From NCBI GenBank assembly GCA_965235115.1, contig OZ249442.1, forward strand, positions 6,944,001 through 7,008,000: 64,000 nt of DNA. Reading direction: 5' to 3'. Below are positions 12,475 through 26,124 of this stretch, in pieces. The number at the start of each line of letters is the position of its first letter. Position 1 is the stretch's first letter. The notes under the pieces are model-generated. The model saw only the letters and a program-made list of their open reading frames with translations, made no database searches and was not told the origin of the DNA. Both the position numbers and the translations under genes were made by a program. Source of the DNA: Laetmonice hystrix. Its lineage: Eukaryota.

Positions 12475-12603
12475 CCCTGGCGGGTTACTCCAAACACCAT
12501 CCAGGCGGGGTACTGCAGCTGTGCAGGCCGCCAAGCCTTCAGCATGTTAATTGAATCGCTCAAGTCTCCAGCTGCCCCCCCTAGCCTTGTCACACGTGGG
12601 TCT
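12475..12603 (-). CDS. Candidate exon (DPRVTRLGGAAGDLSDSINMLKAWRPAQLQYPAWMVFGVTRQ)
   Basis: tttgtgccacag| acceptor, GG|gtgagg donor, one open frame. Confidence 0.4.
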
Positions 12604-13196
12604 CTGTGGCACAAATATGTCAATGAGAGAAATGCAGATATGTTTTTTCTGAAGTCTTCCTCCCGACTACCACATGGGACCAACCATAGAAAGACAAGAT
12701 AATATTAAAACGCCCTTTTGAAGGCAACTTTTAAAAAAGCTCTTCGGAGGTTTCGGAGGTCTAGGTGTATGTAATTAGTCCCAATAAGATTTCATTACCG
12801 TAAAAATAATGCAATAATTTGTAAAATGTTCAATAGCCGAGGGTTTTCTAAAGTGGGTTCTTATGAAGACTTTAAAAATAAACTACATTGCTATTGCTGT
12901 CAATCATTAAGGAGGCCCCCGTATATTTAATTTGAGAACGTCTGTAAGAAGCACAAACACCTAAGCTTGCCGTGTGGGGGCGCTGTCAGTGGTGGTTTAC
13001 AAGTTTCAATGGTGCAGTATTCTGTCCCTGGACCGACAGCGGCAGCTGACGAGGCCGTCCGATCCCAACCGAACCGGCCTCGCTATTGTCAGCACCACAT
13101 GCTCCTCCACAACCAATAAAGAAGGCTTGTTCATGAGAGGCAGATGGTTTGACTCGCCATTCGATTACAGATTTCATGATTGCCCCCTCCACTCAC

Positions 13197-13221
13197 CTGA
13201 GGATCTGGTCTCAGCGTAATG
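13197..13221 (-). CDS. Possible 25-nt micro-exon
   Basis: gcattttcag| and CAG|gtgagt consensus sites; phase not reconciled with neighbours. Confidence 0.25.
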
Positions 13222-14379
13222 CTGAAAATGCACCTGTCTCGCACAATTATATTACCATAAATCCTTTAATTTTCATACTGGAATGATACATTGTAACTCT
13301 ACCCAAGTTTGCTGGAAATAGCAATAATAACATTTGTATAAAATAACTGCCGAGAAAACAAGCAGATTTCGTTATCTACGATGTCATAAGAATTAGCTCC
13401 ACACGTACGTCAACCTAAAGAGGGTCCAGTCATTTGTGGATTGGAAATCATTAAGGCATTTTGGGGTCAGAGGAAGTAACATGCTAATTCAGCAAGTGTT
13501 GTGCACTGAGTTGTGTCAGACCATTCGGTGTGTCTACTGGGACATCATTAAACTTGCCGTGATCGGAAGTGCTTTATTGCGGAGAGCAGGTGGAAGTGTG
13601 CATTAATTAGTAGACCAATAGTGGTGATTGTTCTGTAGGAAACATACAAAGAAGATAGTTCCTGACTTGTTTGTCAGTACACTGGGCACACAAATAAAAC
13701 ACCTACTGCCTTTTTCCTTGCGTAAATGATGGTCATTTACAATAAAGGTCGGCGAATGTGCCTTTATTCGCTACCATTATTCATTCAACAGAATATGCAG
13801 GCTGTTTGTGCATGGGACTGCAGCAACTGTGGTAAAACAATGACTGGAGTGTAAATTCACATCTCACCCCCAATAATGTGTATTGTGATCTGCATATAGT
13901 AAAATACTTGTGGAAACAGAACTCATCCAGACACTATACACGTGGCCTTGTGAAGTTTTTGTATGGAGGAAATCATGAGCCTTGGTCTATTTAAAAAAAA
14001 CGTAAACAATACATGAGTGCGTAGTTTACAGGCGTTTCTCTTCCTTCTCGAGAACCCCCATCACCCGTTGGTCATTGCCAGACTTCGTGCCTTGCGACAC
14101 ACACGATCCTAAACGAGTGCCGTAAACCTAGGGCCTCTGGCCAATGTGCATGGTTTCTATTAACCAATTCCCATGGTTCAGATCACCCGATGCCTTAAGG
14201 GTGTGTGGTTATCGTGGCATTCAGTAGCTCCTCGCCAGATTTAAATCTAAAGTTCAAACACAACAGTAGAAACATCCAGTCCGGACACGTATAGAACCGG
14301 TCCGAGCTGTAGAAGTAACTTAACTTTCCAAACTTATCGATTATTGAAACTTAATTGAACCATGTAGGGAGCACGTGAC

Positions 14380-14683
14380 CCGAGCAGAGCCTCGGTCTGG
14401 CCAGAGCCTCGGCCTGGCCAGTGTTGGCCGCCGGTAGGGGGCTGGGCCATGTCCTGGTGACAGTGTCTGCCACCCACGGCTGTAACCAATCAGGAGAGCT
14501 CTGGAACAGTGGACCTCGTAACGTGATCAAGCCATACCAGAACCCCAAAATTAATGTAAACAGAGCGGGTGTCTTGAGAGTGTCCAGTATATTTATGCCA
14601 GTGGTAGGAGATTGTTGCAAGGCCTGGACAGTAGCCGTGTAGATCATGCTGCCAAGGTCTGCCACGGGCTGTGATTGCCTGGG
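14380..14683 (-). CDS. Candidate exon (PRQSQPVADLGSMIYTATVQALQQSPTTGINILDTLKTPALFTLILGFWYGLITLRGPLFQSSPDWLQPW...); 3' boundary uncertain
   Basis: Over 100 stop-free codons, coding-like codon usage, amphipathic Leu-rich sequence. Confidence 0.5.
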
Positions 14684-15377
14684 CTGAGTTAACCATTTTA
14701 TATGTCATATTGCGGTAGAGTGGTTGTCCTTGTGTGTGAGCAGTTTGTATCTTATAGACTGCAGGTGGTTGGGACGGTCGAGGGTAGCTCAGGACATGCG
14801 TTCACATCGGACCGACAGCCAGGCCTGCCTCAAGGTCATCTTTCTCGGACCTGTCACCTTGGGGTACCCCCAACCCCTCTAGGATATCCCTGACTAGAAT
14901 TGGATACAGCTGATCTTCGCTGTGGCCAAACTTCGGAATATTGCTAGAAATAGTGTACCTACTTACAGACTCTAAGTTTTAGTGAAGGGTTCTAATTTGT
15001 ATAATGCACTAACTTATTGCCGTGCCGCCTTTTGTTTATTTGGTATAAGAGATCGTTATAGGAGGTGATGCCTTCTTGAAAAATGATAAAAGTTCACCTA
15101 AAGTGCCAGCTGACTATTTCTGAAGACGTGGATATATTTTGTCAGCGCATTTTAAACGGTTTTCGTTTGGAGAGAACTGCGTTGCTATAGCCACGATCTT
15201 CTCCGACTGGAGAGAGTGAAAGGCGACTGGGCTGCCCAGGGGAAGAGACCGGTGGTGGATATTGCTGGAGCTACATCTGGATAATATCTTGGCTGGTTAG
15301 GGACTGCACCTGATGCTCTGGAAACTTTAAAACTAAAGCTTGGCAGGCCTTCTGTAGGAATCACACTGGCATCTGAC

Positions 15378-15445
15378 CTGGCGATTACATTGTTTTCTTT
15401 GAAAGGCCATGTCTTCTCCTTTAATTGTCACGCGGTTGACGTAAC
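15378..15445 (-). CDS. Candidate exon (GYVNRVTIKGEDMAFQRKQCNRQ)
   Basis: gtttccttccag| acceptor, CAG|gtcaga donor; phase 0 end fits the 14683 exon. Confidence 0.4.
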
Positions 15446-16611
15446 CTGGAAGGAAACAGTTTCTGTGACATTAAGACTGGAAGTATCGATTGATGTTTTT
15501 CAGAGTCCGATGTTTTTTGGTCGTACAAAGGTATACAAAGTAAAACACACACTTGTACTCAGATCTGGGCCCTCTATCCTCTCTTCTGTACATCGATGGT
15601 GACCGACATGTTCCCTTAAAGAGATCATGTCGTACATTTTGAAACAACGCAGGAGAGCTTGTCTAAATCAACATCAAAGGACTTTCCTTGGGCCTTGCTG
15701 TAACAGACATAAACTAACTTTCCGACAGTGTGAGGGGTGGTCTAACGTTTAAACCTACCGTGGCACTTAGCGATATGAGCTATGGCAGCGTCGCCACTTC
15801 CTGGCCGCTACCAGACCCTGGTGGTCGAAACGTAAGGCCCCTGTCTGTGATCCATCAACAGACCAACACTTGACGTCGAGGTGACGTGGGGCCGCCCGAA
15901 AGGTCATTTAGCCTGATGGTGCCACGCCCGCAGAGCTAACCCGCAAATATGGTTACTGCCCTTGCACAGGTCTGACAGGAGACAGACAGTACACTGCCAG
16001 CTAGCTGCCTCTCCCCACGGCTTCTACAAACGTTACAACTCGCTACTTTCAGTTTACGCCAACCTCACCTTGTATGGCCTCCGTAAATATGGTTTAACTC
16101 AGGTGGACCCCTCAGTTGACAGCCAACGCAACGTTCATGTTTGATGTAAGAGGTTTGACGGAAGATATTTTCATTATGCATCCCATGTCTCCGGGAATTT
16201 CATTTACACGAGTTATTTGACACGGTGACCCATCCAGCGCCGTTTTCGGACGAGAAGGTAACGTTGCCCGGCCCGGACGGAGCAGTGTGTACGGTGGGCT
16301 CCTTGACAGGGACCACAGGATCAAACACCTTGTCCTCGTGTGTAATTCTATGATCAAACACGTGTGATCAACATATATCAATCGGCTTTCTCAACCCGTG
16401 TTTTCATTGTTAATTTAGTTAGATTAAGATCGTCAGAATGAACATTTTCACTCTCTAGATGGTATGACTTCCCATGTAATAAAATATCAACTATAGAAGG
16501 CTACTGACATAGATCTACTGATCTTTTAGATTATATTGTATAGCCTTATTATATGTAATCTAGTCTGTGTCGGGAAATTCTGTGTCGTCCAAATCAACAT
16601 GGTGTCTGTTA

Positions 16612-16897
16612 GGCTGGGTTTCCATAGGAGTTCACGCTTCACGTGTCACGACTCACGTTTCACGGTTCACGCGTGAATAGAAGAATATACAAGTCATTTT
16701 CAAAGTGCAGGTTCCATAGGCGTTCACGTATCACTCTTCACCCTCATGTCACGAGTCACGCGTGAATCAATGAACGACCTGGCTCGTTTTCTCTGACGTG
16801 AAACGTCAACGTGAACTTGGTGGAAACGGTCAAGAAAGTGAAACGTGACACGTGAAAACGTGACACGTGAAAACGTGATCTCTATGGAAACCCAGCC
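16612..16897. mobile_element. MITE, 286 bp (PIF/Harbinger-like or TA-target)
   Basis: Perfect 16-bp TIR GGCTGGGTTTCCATAG, flanked by TTA and TAA; internal inverted CACGTG/TCACG arrays. Confidence 0.85.
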
Positions 16898-17044
16898 TAA
16901 GAGGCGTCCAGGGAAACTTTGGAAACGGCACGAAATCTTCTCAACATATTACACTTGTGGAAGATAGACTTATCACCTCAGAAAAACAGTTTTTGTGCCG
17001 ATGACCTGACACAGCCGGTTTGATGTACTTTTATCTTCTATCAG

Positions 17045-17072
17045 AATCGTTTGTATACAAACTTTCAAACAG
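17045..17072 (+). CDS. Possible 28-nt + strand micro-exon
   Basis: gtacttttatcttctatcag| and CAG|gtatgt; all three frames open. Confidence 0.25.
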
Positions 17073-17449
17073 GTATGTAAAACTTGTGGCAGTGACAGAA
17101 ATATAGTGTGTATTGAAGAGCGGTTCTCGCAGGAGGTGTGTGTCCCCAGGTGTGGCGGGTCTATTATCAGAATGAGGTGCTCACACTGGGTCTGGCCCTC
17201 CCAGCTGTTCCAACGGTAACATGTGTCCCATGGATTCCAATACATGAGAGAAACACGTGTTCCAATCAAACTCTACCATCTGGCACACCGTCCTCAGCAA
17301 GTCGAGTCAGAGCTGATCTCGATATCAGCGTTAAATGTTTGTCATTCGTGGCACTATAATACTGCCACCATGTAAGCTTGGTCAAAAATCGTTTGATCTA
17401 AAGTCCTTTAAAGTTTGACCTTTTGGATATAGGAATCAAATATCGTTGT

Positions 17450-18979
17450 CTCGGGCCAAAGGTCTGAGATAGTAGTGAGGTAATGTGCCGTGGCTCGGGC
17501 CAAAGGTCTCAGAGAGTAGTGAGGTAATGTGCCGTGGCTCGGGCCAAAGGTCTCAGAGAGTATAAGGTAATGTGGCTCGGGCCAAAGGTCTCAGAGAGTA
17601 GTGAGGTAATGTGGCTCGGCCCAAAGGTCTCAGAGAGTAGTGACGTAATGTGCCGTGGCTCGGGCCAAAGGTCTCAGAGAGTAGTGAGGTAATGTGGCTC
17701 GGGCCAAAGGTCTCAGAGAGTAGTGAGGTAATGTGGCTCGGGCCAAAGGTCTCAGAGAGTAGTGAGGTAATGTGGCTCGGGCCAAAGGTCTCAGAGAGTA
17801 GTGAGGTAATGTGCCGTGGCTCGGGCCAAAGGTCTCAGAGAGTAGTGAGGTAATGTGCCGTGGCTCGGGCCAAAGGTCTGAGATAGTAGTGAGGTAATGT
17901 GCCGTGGCTGGGGCCAAAGGTCTCAGAGAGTAGTGAGGTAATGTGCCGTGGCTCGGGCCAAAGGTCTCAGAGAGTAGTGAGGTAATGTGCCGTGGCTGGG
18001 GCCAAAGGTCTCAGAGAGTAGTGAGGTAATGTGGCTCGGGCCAAAGGTCTCAGAAAGTAGTGAGGTAATGTGCCGTGGCTCGGGCCAAAGGTCTCAGAGA
18101 GTAGTGAGGTAATGTGCCGTGGCTCGGGCCAAAGGTCTCAGAGAGTAGTGAGGTAATGTGCCGTGGCTCGGGCCAAAGGTCTCAGAGAGTAGTGAGGTAA
18201 TGTGCCGTGGCTCGGGCCAAAGGTCTCAGAGAGTAGTGAGGTCATGTGCCGTGGCTCGGGCCAAAGGTTTTAGAGAGTAGTGAGGTAATGTGCCGTGGCT
18301 CGGGCCGAAGGTCTGAGAGAGTAGTGAGGTAATGTGCCGTGGCTCGGGCCAAAGGTCTGAGAGAGTAGTGAGGTAATGTGCCGTGGCTCGGGCCAAAGGT
18401 CTCAGAGAGTAGTGAGGTAATGTGGCTCGGGCCAAAGGTCTGAGAGAGTAGTGAGGTAATGTGCCGTGGCTCGGGCCAAAGGTCTCAGAGAGTAGTGAGG
18501 TAATGTGCCGTGGCTCGGGCCAAAGGTCTCAGAGAGTAGTGAGGTAATGTGCCGTGGCTCGGGCCAAAGGTCTCAGAGAGTAGTGAGGTCATGTGGCTCG
18601 GGCCAAAGGTCTCAGGGAGTATAGTGAGGTAATGTGCCGTGGCTCGGGCCAAAGGTCTCGGAGAGTAGTGAGGTAATGTGCCGTGGCTCGGGCCAAAGGT
18701 CTCAGAGAGTAGTGAGGTAATGTGCCGTGGCTCGGGCCAAAGGTCTCAGAGAGTAGTGAGGTAATGTGGCTCGGGCCAAAGGTCTCAGAGAGTAGTGAGC
18801 TAATGTGGCTCGGGCCAAAGGTCTCAGAGAGTAGTGAGGTAATGTGCCGTGGCTCGGGCCAAAGGTCTCAGAGAGTAGTGAGGTAATGTGGCGTGGCTCG
18901 GGCCAAAGGTCTCAGAGAGTAGTGAGGTAATGTGCCGTGGCTCGGGCCAAAGGTCTCAGAGAGTAGTGAGGTCATGTGC
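17450..18979. repeat. Minisatellite, 44-bp unit (GTGGCTCGGGCCAAAGGTCTCAGAGAGTAGTGAGGTAATGTGCC) with 39-bp variant, ~36 copies
   Basis: Direct tandem repetition. Confidence 0.97.
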
Positions 18980-19197
18980 CTCCTTAACCTCCGTTACAGG
19001 TTGGATGGATTTCAAACTTACATTTTCATGAGTCGGGTTTGATTTTACGGACAACCTGTAACTTTGCATACGATTTGATGGAGCCCTACAGTAATGAATA
19101 TTTTAGAACGCGGTAATAAAAAAGACTTTTGGTATAATACTTCACCAGCTAAATATGCCTCCTGCTGTGGGGAGCCGAAAGAAGAGAGGAGAACCTG

Positions 19198-19385
19198 TTT
19201 GATTCTCTCTCTCTTTCTGTCTCTCTGTATGTCTCTATCTCTCTTCTCTCTCGCTCTCTTCCTCTGTCTCTATCTCTCTCTATCTCTTCTCTCTCACTCT
19301 CTCACTCTCTCTCTCCCATTCTCTCCTCTCTCTCCCTCTCTCTCTTCTCTCTCTTTCTATCTCTCTCCCTCCCTCTCTGTCCTAT
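19198..19385. repeat. Degenerate (CT)n microsatellite
   Basis: Polypyrimidine CT tract. Confidence 0.9.
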
Positions 19386-21796
19386 ATATATTAGTTTTAG
19401 GATGTTGTGAACGTATTTAAGATATTGCACTCTTCCATTGACGATATATTTACGCCCCAAGTCATATCATTCACAGACATGGCCCCATACAGCGCGGAGA
19501 TCTTCGTGCAGTAAATCACACACATTGTTGTATGTTAGCCGTGAACAAACAGATTGCTGTTAATTCTAGTATTAATTGCACATGATGAAGTGCAGTTTTC
19601 TGCTGGTTTAGATTATAACGGATCCAGCTCGACCATGTAGCCGGTCAGGGTGGGAGAAGTGACGGGTAAGGTTTGACACATTCTCACGGACTCGCCGGCT
19701 ACCTACGTGTTGGCCGCCACAGGAGCGTGTTATACCCCAGTATGTGGTGATAGGTTGTAAGGTCGCCACGACCGTGGGGGTCCGCAGACCGGGCCTGCAC
19801 CAAATTAACTGCTAGCTCTTACGATATCCGAGCGACACAAAAACAGTGACATATCGTATCGGAATCATACAGGAAAAATTCCTATTGCTGATTGATTCTA
19901 TTTTTCTTCTCGTTGAGATGACAGAGTGACAACTGATGTGAGGGCGAGATGGAATCTCACGTTTCTCTTCAGGATAAACACGAGAGGGGTTAACTCAACT
20001 CAATCTATTCATTCACTTCGGTTGTGAAATATCGGCGGTCATGATCCAGCAATATCTATGGTTAAAGAGATGGCAGAACGAAGCATTGATAGCATTGCAG
20101 CGAGCAGGACCTAGGTTAGATTCAAATTAAAGTCACCTGCCCCATGTGGGAGTCTGTTACGTCGCAGTGCACGGCTTAGCACTACCACATGCTGAGAAAT
20201 CAGACGTTCTGCTTGTTGTTAAAGCACAAAGGTGCCATAATTGAAGACACGGAGTCTTGGTGGGTCTCGAAGCTTTGATACGCACATGTACTGTTTCAGC
20301 CCTGCCTGGGAGTAGCTGGTAGTGATTTCGGTTACTTTGGTGATCTCATGGCTGAGATTGTGGCTGGTGGAGTTTTTTCTTGTCTTCAGGTGGTCTATAA
20401 GTTACAGGCCAGGAGTCGGGTGTTGCGACCCTTGGGAGGAGAAAACGTGAACCATGACTGCATGGTTTGAGGTATTGATGGAAATGGTTAGCACGGAAAG
20501 ATTTATTTCACCATTGAAGTTCCTGTTCACCCCGAAAGGTGGCAGTAACTGGTCTGTCTCTCCCTGATGGGGGTTGGCGTTTCACTCGTCACTGCTCGTT
20601 GATATAACATTCTTGTTATTTCGACATTTTGTGACAAACATCAGGAATATATCGGACCAGATGTCCTGGTATGGATCTTAATTTACTAAAGGTCGCTCAA
20701 ACGTGGTTTCCATTGCAAACAAACTCCCCATATTAAAGCGATGGCTGAACCAGATTAATGCACTCATGTTGTACCATAGGTTACCCTGCTATGATCGTCC
20801 CCAGTTAAGACAAAGACTGCGAGCAGTGGCCCTGTTTCATCCCCGACCTGTCCGCCCCTGTGTGACACGCAGCGACACCTGTTGGCAGTAATTATCCGGG
20901 GAGGATGCGCCCCTGGCGGACTTATTTGTTATACTGCCGCTTCACGCAACCTGCTCTCGTTTTCAAGTGTCACGCCTGCCTGTGATCCGGTGGGGTTAAC
21001 CAAATGGATTCGTGGTATTTAAAATCTTCACCGACTGCATCTAGTTTTCTTTGTTGTAATTTCCATTTCAAGGCCGTGAACGACCTGTGACGTCGAACTT
21101 TAAGGCCATAGAAAAGTTCAAACTATCAATATAAGGGTGTTCAGCATGAACAAGCTTGTTCCTACCTACAATCGTGTGATTATCTGATCTTTAATAAAGG
21201 AATAGTCAACTGAAATGCAGCTAGACATTCTCCCGCTGGCTTCGTCTGCTTGTCTGCCCTACTTGTCCACGAATTGTTATGTAACCGCCAGGCGGAACGA
21301 ACCACGCAGGTTCCCGGCCAGAGGGCCGCTATTCAAGTACCGCGGCGATTCCACTTTTACCAGAAACATGACCATGATGGCGACAGATTCATTGACGATT
21401 TCAGAGAGGGTTGCAAACGATAGCCGCACACAAACTCTGTATTTGTTTACATGCCCCAATAAGGGTGTCAAGAGAGAGAAAAGGGTGTCTGCTGTCACCG
21501 GTAAGAGAACACAGTCAGTAGTGCAGTCGTAGTGAGTGAGTGAGTGTCCGATGAAGCCAGTGGCGGCGTAACGCGTGTGAAAATAGCGAATGACCCAGAC
21601 GGTATTTTTAAAAGTCGCCTTAGACAGTGATCCACTTATCGGCGCGACCTTAGACACTTCACATGGTGTTGCTGGTGTTCAAAGGTACGTTAGTGAGGAA
21701 TTTTACCTGCCTCTTTAACCTCTAAACTGCGAGGGAAGACCTTTCTATGGCACATAACTGTGACTTCATTTTCAACCATTATTTATATCTGAAAGG

Positions 21797-23930
21797 AGAT
21801 AACTTCATGTAGCTGGCCAGACCGGCCCTGTGAGCAGGTCATAACTTCATGTAGCTGACGGTACAGGCCCTGTGAGCAGGTGATAACTTCATGTAGCTGG
21901 CCAGACCGGCCCTGTGAGCAGGTCATAACTTCATGTAGCTGACGGTACAGGCCCTGTGAGCAGGTCATAACTTCATGTAGCTGACGGTACAGGCCCTGTG
22001 AGCAGGTCATAACTTCATGTAGCTGACAGTACGGGCCCTGTGAGCAGGTCATAACTTCATGTAGCTGACAGTACGGGCCCTGTGAGCAGGTCATAACTTC
22101 ATGTAGCTGGCCAGACCGGCCCTGTGAGCAGGTCATAACTTCATGTAGCTGGCCAGACCGGCCCTGTGAGCAGGTCATAACTTCATGTAGCTGAAGGTAC
22201 AGGCCCTGTGAGCAGGTCATAACTTCATGTAGCTGACAGTACGGGCCCTGTGAGCAGGTGATAACTTCATGTAGCTGACAGTACGGGCCCTGTGAGCAGA
22301 TCATAACTTCATGTAGCTGACGGTACGGGCCCTGTGAGCAGGTCATAACTTCATGTAGCTGACGGTACAGGCCCTGTGAGCAGGTCATAACTTCATGTAG
22401 CTGACGGTACAGGCCCTGTGAGCAGGTCATAACTTCATGTAGCTGACGGTACGGGCCCTGTGAACAGGTCATAACTTCATGTAGCTGGCCAGACCGGCCC
22501 TGTGAGCAGGTCATAACTTCATGTAGCTGACGGTACAGGCCCTGTGAGCAGGTCATAACTTCATGTAGCTGAGAGTACGAGCCCTGTGAGCAGATCATAA
22601 CTTCATGTAGCTGACGGTACGGGCCCTGTGAGCAGGTCATAACTTCATGTAGCTGACGGTACAGGCCCTGTGAGCAGGTGATAACTTCATGTAGCTGACG
22701 GTACAGGCCCTGTGAGCAGGTGATAACTTCATGTAGCTGACGGTACGGGCCCTGTGAACAGGTCATAACTTCATGTAGCTGGCCAGACCGGCCCTGTGAG
22801 CAGGTCATAACTTCATGTAGCTGACGGTACAGGCCCTGTGAGCAGGTCATAACTTCATGTAGCTGACAGTACGGGCCCTGTGCGCAGGTCATAACTTCAT
22901 GTAGCTGACGGTACGGGCCCCGTGAGCAGGTCATAACTTCATGTAGCTGACAGTACGGGCCCTGTGAGCAGGTCATAACTTCATGTAGCTGACGGTACGG
23001 GCCCTGTGCGCAGGTCATAACTTCATGTAGCTGACGGTACGGGCCCTGTGAGCAGGTCATAACTTCATGTAGCTGACGGTACGGGCCTTGAGCAGGTCAT
23101 AACTTCATGTAGCTGACGGTACGGGCCCTGTGAGCAGGTCATAACTTCATGTAGCTGACAGTACGGGCCTTGAGCAGGTCATAACTTCATGTAGCTGACG
23201 GTACAGGCCCTGTGAGCAGGTCATAACTTCATGTAGCTGACGGTACGGGCCCTGTGAGCAGGTCATAACTTCATGTAGCTGACGGTACGGGCCCCGTGAG
23301 CAGGTCATAACTTCATGTAGCTGACAGTACGGGCCCTGTGAGCACGTCATAACTTCATGTAGTTGACGGCACAGGCCCTGTGAGCAGGTCATAACTACAT
23401 GTAGCTGACAGTACGAGCCCTGTGAGCAGGTGATAACTTCATGTAGCTGGCGGCACGGGCCTTGTGAACAGGTCATAACTTCATGTAGCTGACAGTACGG
23501 GCCCTGTGAGCAGGTGATAACTTCATGTAGCTGACAGTACGGGCCTCATGAGCAGGTCATAACTTCATGTAGTTGACGGTACGGGCCCTTTGAACAGGTC
23601 ATAACTTCATGTAGCTGACGGGACGGGCCTCATGAGCAGGTCATAACTTCATGTAGCTGACGGTACGGGCCTCATGAGCAGGTCATAACTTCATGTAGCT
23701 GACGGGACGGGCCCCCTGAGCAGGTCATAACTTCATGTAGCTGGCGGCACGGGCCTTGTGAACAGGTCATAACTTCATGTAGCTGACAGTACGGGCCTCA
23801 TGAGCAGGTCATAACTTCATGTAGCTGACGGCACAGGCCCTATGAGCAGGTCATAACTTCATGTAGCTGACAGTACGGGCCTTGTGAGCAGGTCATAACT
23901 TCATGTAGCTGACGGGACGGGCCCTATGAG
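21797..23930. repeat. Minisatellite, 42-bp unit (ATAACTTCATGTAGCTGACGGTACAGGCCCTGTGAGCAGGTC), ~50 copies
   Basis: 14-aa periodic ORF on minus; scattered 2-bp deletions break the frame. Confidence 0.97.
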
Positions 23931-23964
23931 CAAAGTGTTGATGATGGCAGGGTCACACGATGCC

Positions 23965-24660
23965 TGGCAGGGTATACTGATTGAAGAAACTGTATCACTG
24001 GCATGGCATACTGACTGAAGAAACTGTATAACCTGGCATGGCATACTGACTTAAGAGACTGTATAACCTGGCAGGGTATACTGACTGAAGAAACTGTATA
24101 ACCTGGCAGGGTATACTGACTGAAGAAACTGTATAACCTGGCAGGGTATACTGACTGAAGAAACTGTATAACCTGGCAGGGTATACTGACTGAAGAAACT
24201 GTATAACCTGGCAGGGTATACTGACTGAAGAAACTGTATAACCTGGTAGGGTATACTGACTGAAGAAACTGTATAACCTGGTAGGGTATACTGACTGAAG
24301 AAACTGTATAACCTGGCAGGGTATACTGACTGAAGAAACTGTATACCTGGCAGGAAACTGTATAACCTGGCAGGGTATACTGACTGAAGAAACTGTATAC
24401 CTGGCAGGAAACTGTATAACCTGGTAGGGTATACTGACTGAAGAAACTGTATAACCTGGTAGGGTATACTGACTGAAGAAACTGTATAACCTGGCAGGGT
24501 ATACTGACTGAAGAAACTGTATAACCTGGCAGGGTATACTGACTGAAGAAACTGTATAACCTGGTAGGGTATACTGACTGAAGAAACTGTATTAACCTGG
24601 TAGGGTATACTGACTGAAGAAACTGTGTATCTTGCCTGGTATAATGACTGAAGAAACCTA
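23965..24660. repeat. Minisatellite, 35-bp unit (CAGGGTATACTGACTGAAGAAACTGTATAACCTGG), ~20 copies
   Basis: Direct tandem repetition right after the 42-mer. Confidence 0.96.
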
Positions 24661-24954
24661 CATGTTTTATGGGACCCACGCTGGCATGTTGTGACTGACT
24701 ACTTCGGGATCTACCCGAGGGGTTATGATGATGATAATGATGACCAAAGGACAAACTTTGATTGGGATTTCGGCCTCAAATAAATCGAAAGTGATTCCGA
24801 TACGGGGCACAGAACACACAGGCGAATAAAATAATCCCGACTGCTCCAAAAATAAGATCTTGGTTGACATTGCAAGGAGCAGAATGTGATGCTCCCCATG
24901 GATGAAGTTGTAGAAGGGTTGGTTGTATCGTTATGGCTAAGTCTAGTTTCAACC

Positions 24955-25158
24955 CTAGCTGGTCTCTTTGATGTTCTGATATAGAATTAGGAGGAAGATC
25001 CCAGTGCTCTCCCAGTCCGTGGAGTCGGAGGGAGGCGTCCAGTAACGGGTGTGGAGAGCTCCGGCGTCGATGTATGTTCCCTGAGGGCACATGTGCACAT
25101 TAGTTGTAATGTAGAGCCGAATGCCCACGAGACAGACACCAACGAACCAAAGCAGGTC
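24955..25158 (-). CDS. Candidate exon, possibly terminal (DLLWFVGVCLVGIRLYITTNVHMCPQGTYIDAGALHTRYW...GIFLLILYQNIKETS*)
   Basis: Very strong acceptor ttttgttttgtccatacag|, C-ending codon bias, 67 codons to TAG; a second frame is also open. Confidence 0.45.
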   Translation of the reverse strand, partial: DLLWFVGVCLVGIRLYITTNVHMCPQGTYIDAGALHTRYWTPPSDSTDWESTGIFLLILYQNIKETS

Positions 25159-26124
25159 CTGTATGGACAAAACAAAACATTTGCCAGCAGTTACCACTCT
25201 TTTGTATGCATCTTGGATCAGAGAGACCTTGGGGAAATCAGGCTCTGATTTGGTCTACTCTTTGTCTTTCACCGTCCGCACGTCGGGCTAGACGGGCACG
25301 GATGCTCGGAAGCCTTCGCCGACATGGAGATCTATATTGCTGTCATTCCCTGTCCTGCCGATATAAGTAAATTCCGCCATATTTTATCTCTCTGATGAAG
25401 TATTTGCGGCCCCAAGGGCGAGCCTGATTAGGAGTGGGAACTGACGAAATTGGTCCCTGTGAGGAGGTAGGCATTAATTCGGCCCTGTATAATGTGGATG
25501 TGTGTGGCTGTGCTGCCGGGAGGGATTGCATTCACTGAGGGGGAACACTTACTGCCTTGGCAGCAGGTGCACAGTCTCGATTACATCATTTGCGCGTTTG
25601 ATTGAAAATTACGTTTTTCTGATATGGATGAAGGGAGGGCGGCGGAGGACAAGCGAGGCCATTGCTTGGCGCGTCCTGCCGTTCCTCAGTGGCGTTGCCT
25701 TCGGCATGAGAATAAGGAAGAGCAAACAATGGAGTTGTGGGCACTCGAGGTTTGGCCGGCGCCCACTCGGCCCACAGCCTCGCTTTGAATACGCGGCAAG
25801 CACTGGGAACGAGGCAGCCGGTCCCGGCCAGAAGTGCATGAACACACACCCTATGTGCATCGATAGGCCAGCGACAGGCCTCTCAGAACGCGGGCGTTCC
25901 GCCGACATTTGGAACTAAGAGTGCTTCGTACCCACATACATCAATACTTCACATGCATTTTTCAGTATTTGCACCCAATTCATAATCTCCCGCCTATTTT
26001 TGACTTATCATAATCTGGTATTGGTGACCAGGTGGCTCAGAGTAGATGTTTTCCCATCACACAGAGTCCACAACACCATCAGGAAATCTTCCAACATATT
26101 TTCATCGGTCAGCAGTAAAGTTCT

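Noticed and set aside
19817-20069. Possible MITE with CTCTTTA... termini
   Set aside because: Inverted match is short and gapped; no TSD.
21783-23060. 425-aa ORF of MTCSQGPYRQLHEV repeats
   Set aside because: Frame is broken by 2-bp deletions within the same array; no splice or start context.
21797-23930. loxP-like motif ATAACTTCATGTAGC in the 42-mer (12/15 to the loxP left part)
   Set aside because: No second inverted arm and no recombinase nearby; chance similarity.
25502-25918. 138-aa ORF as a retroelement or transposase fragment
   Set aside because: No RT, integrase or DDE motif recognisable; several frames are open because of GC content.
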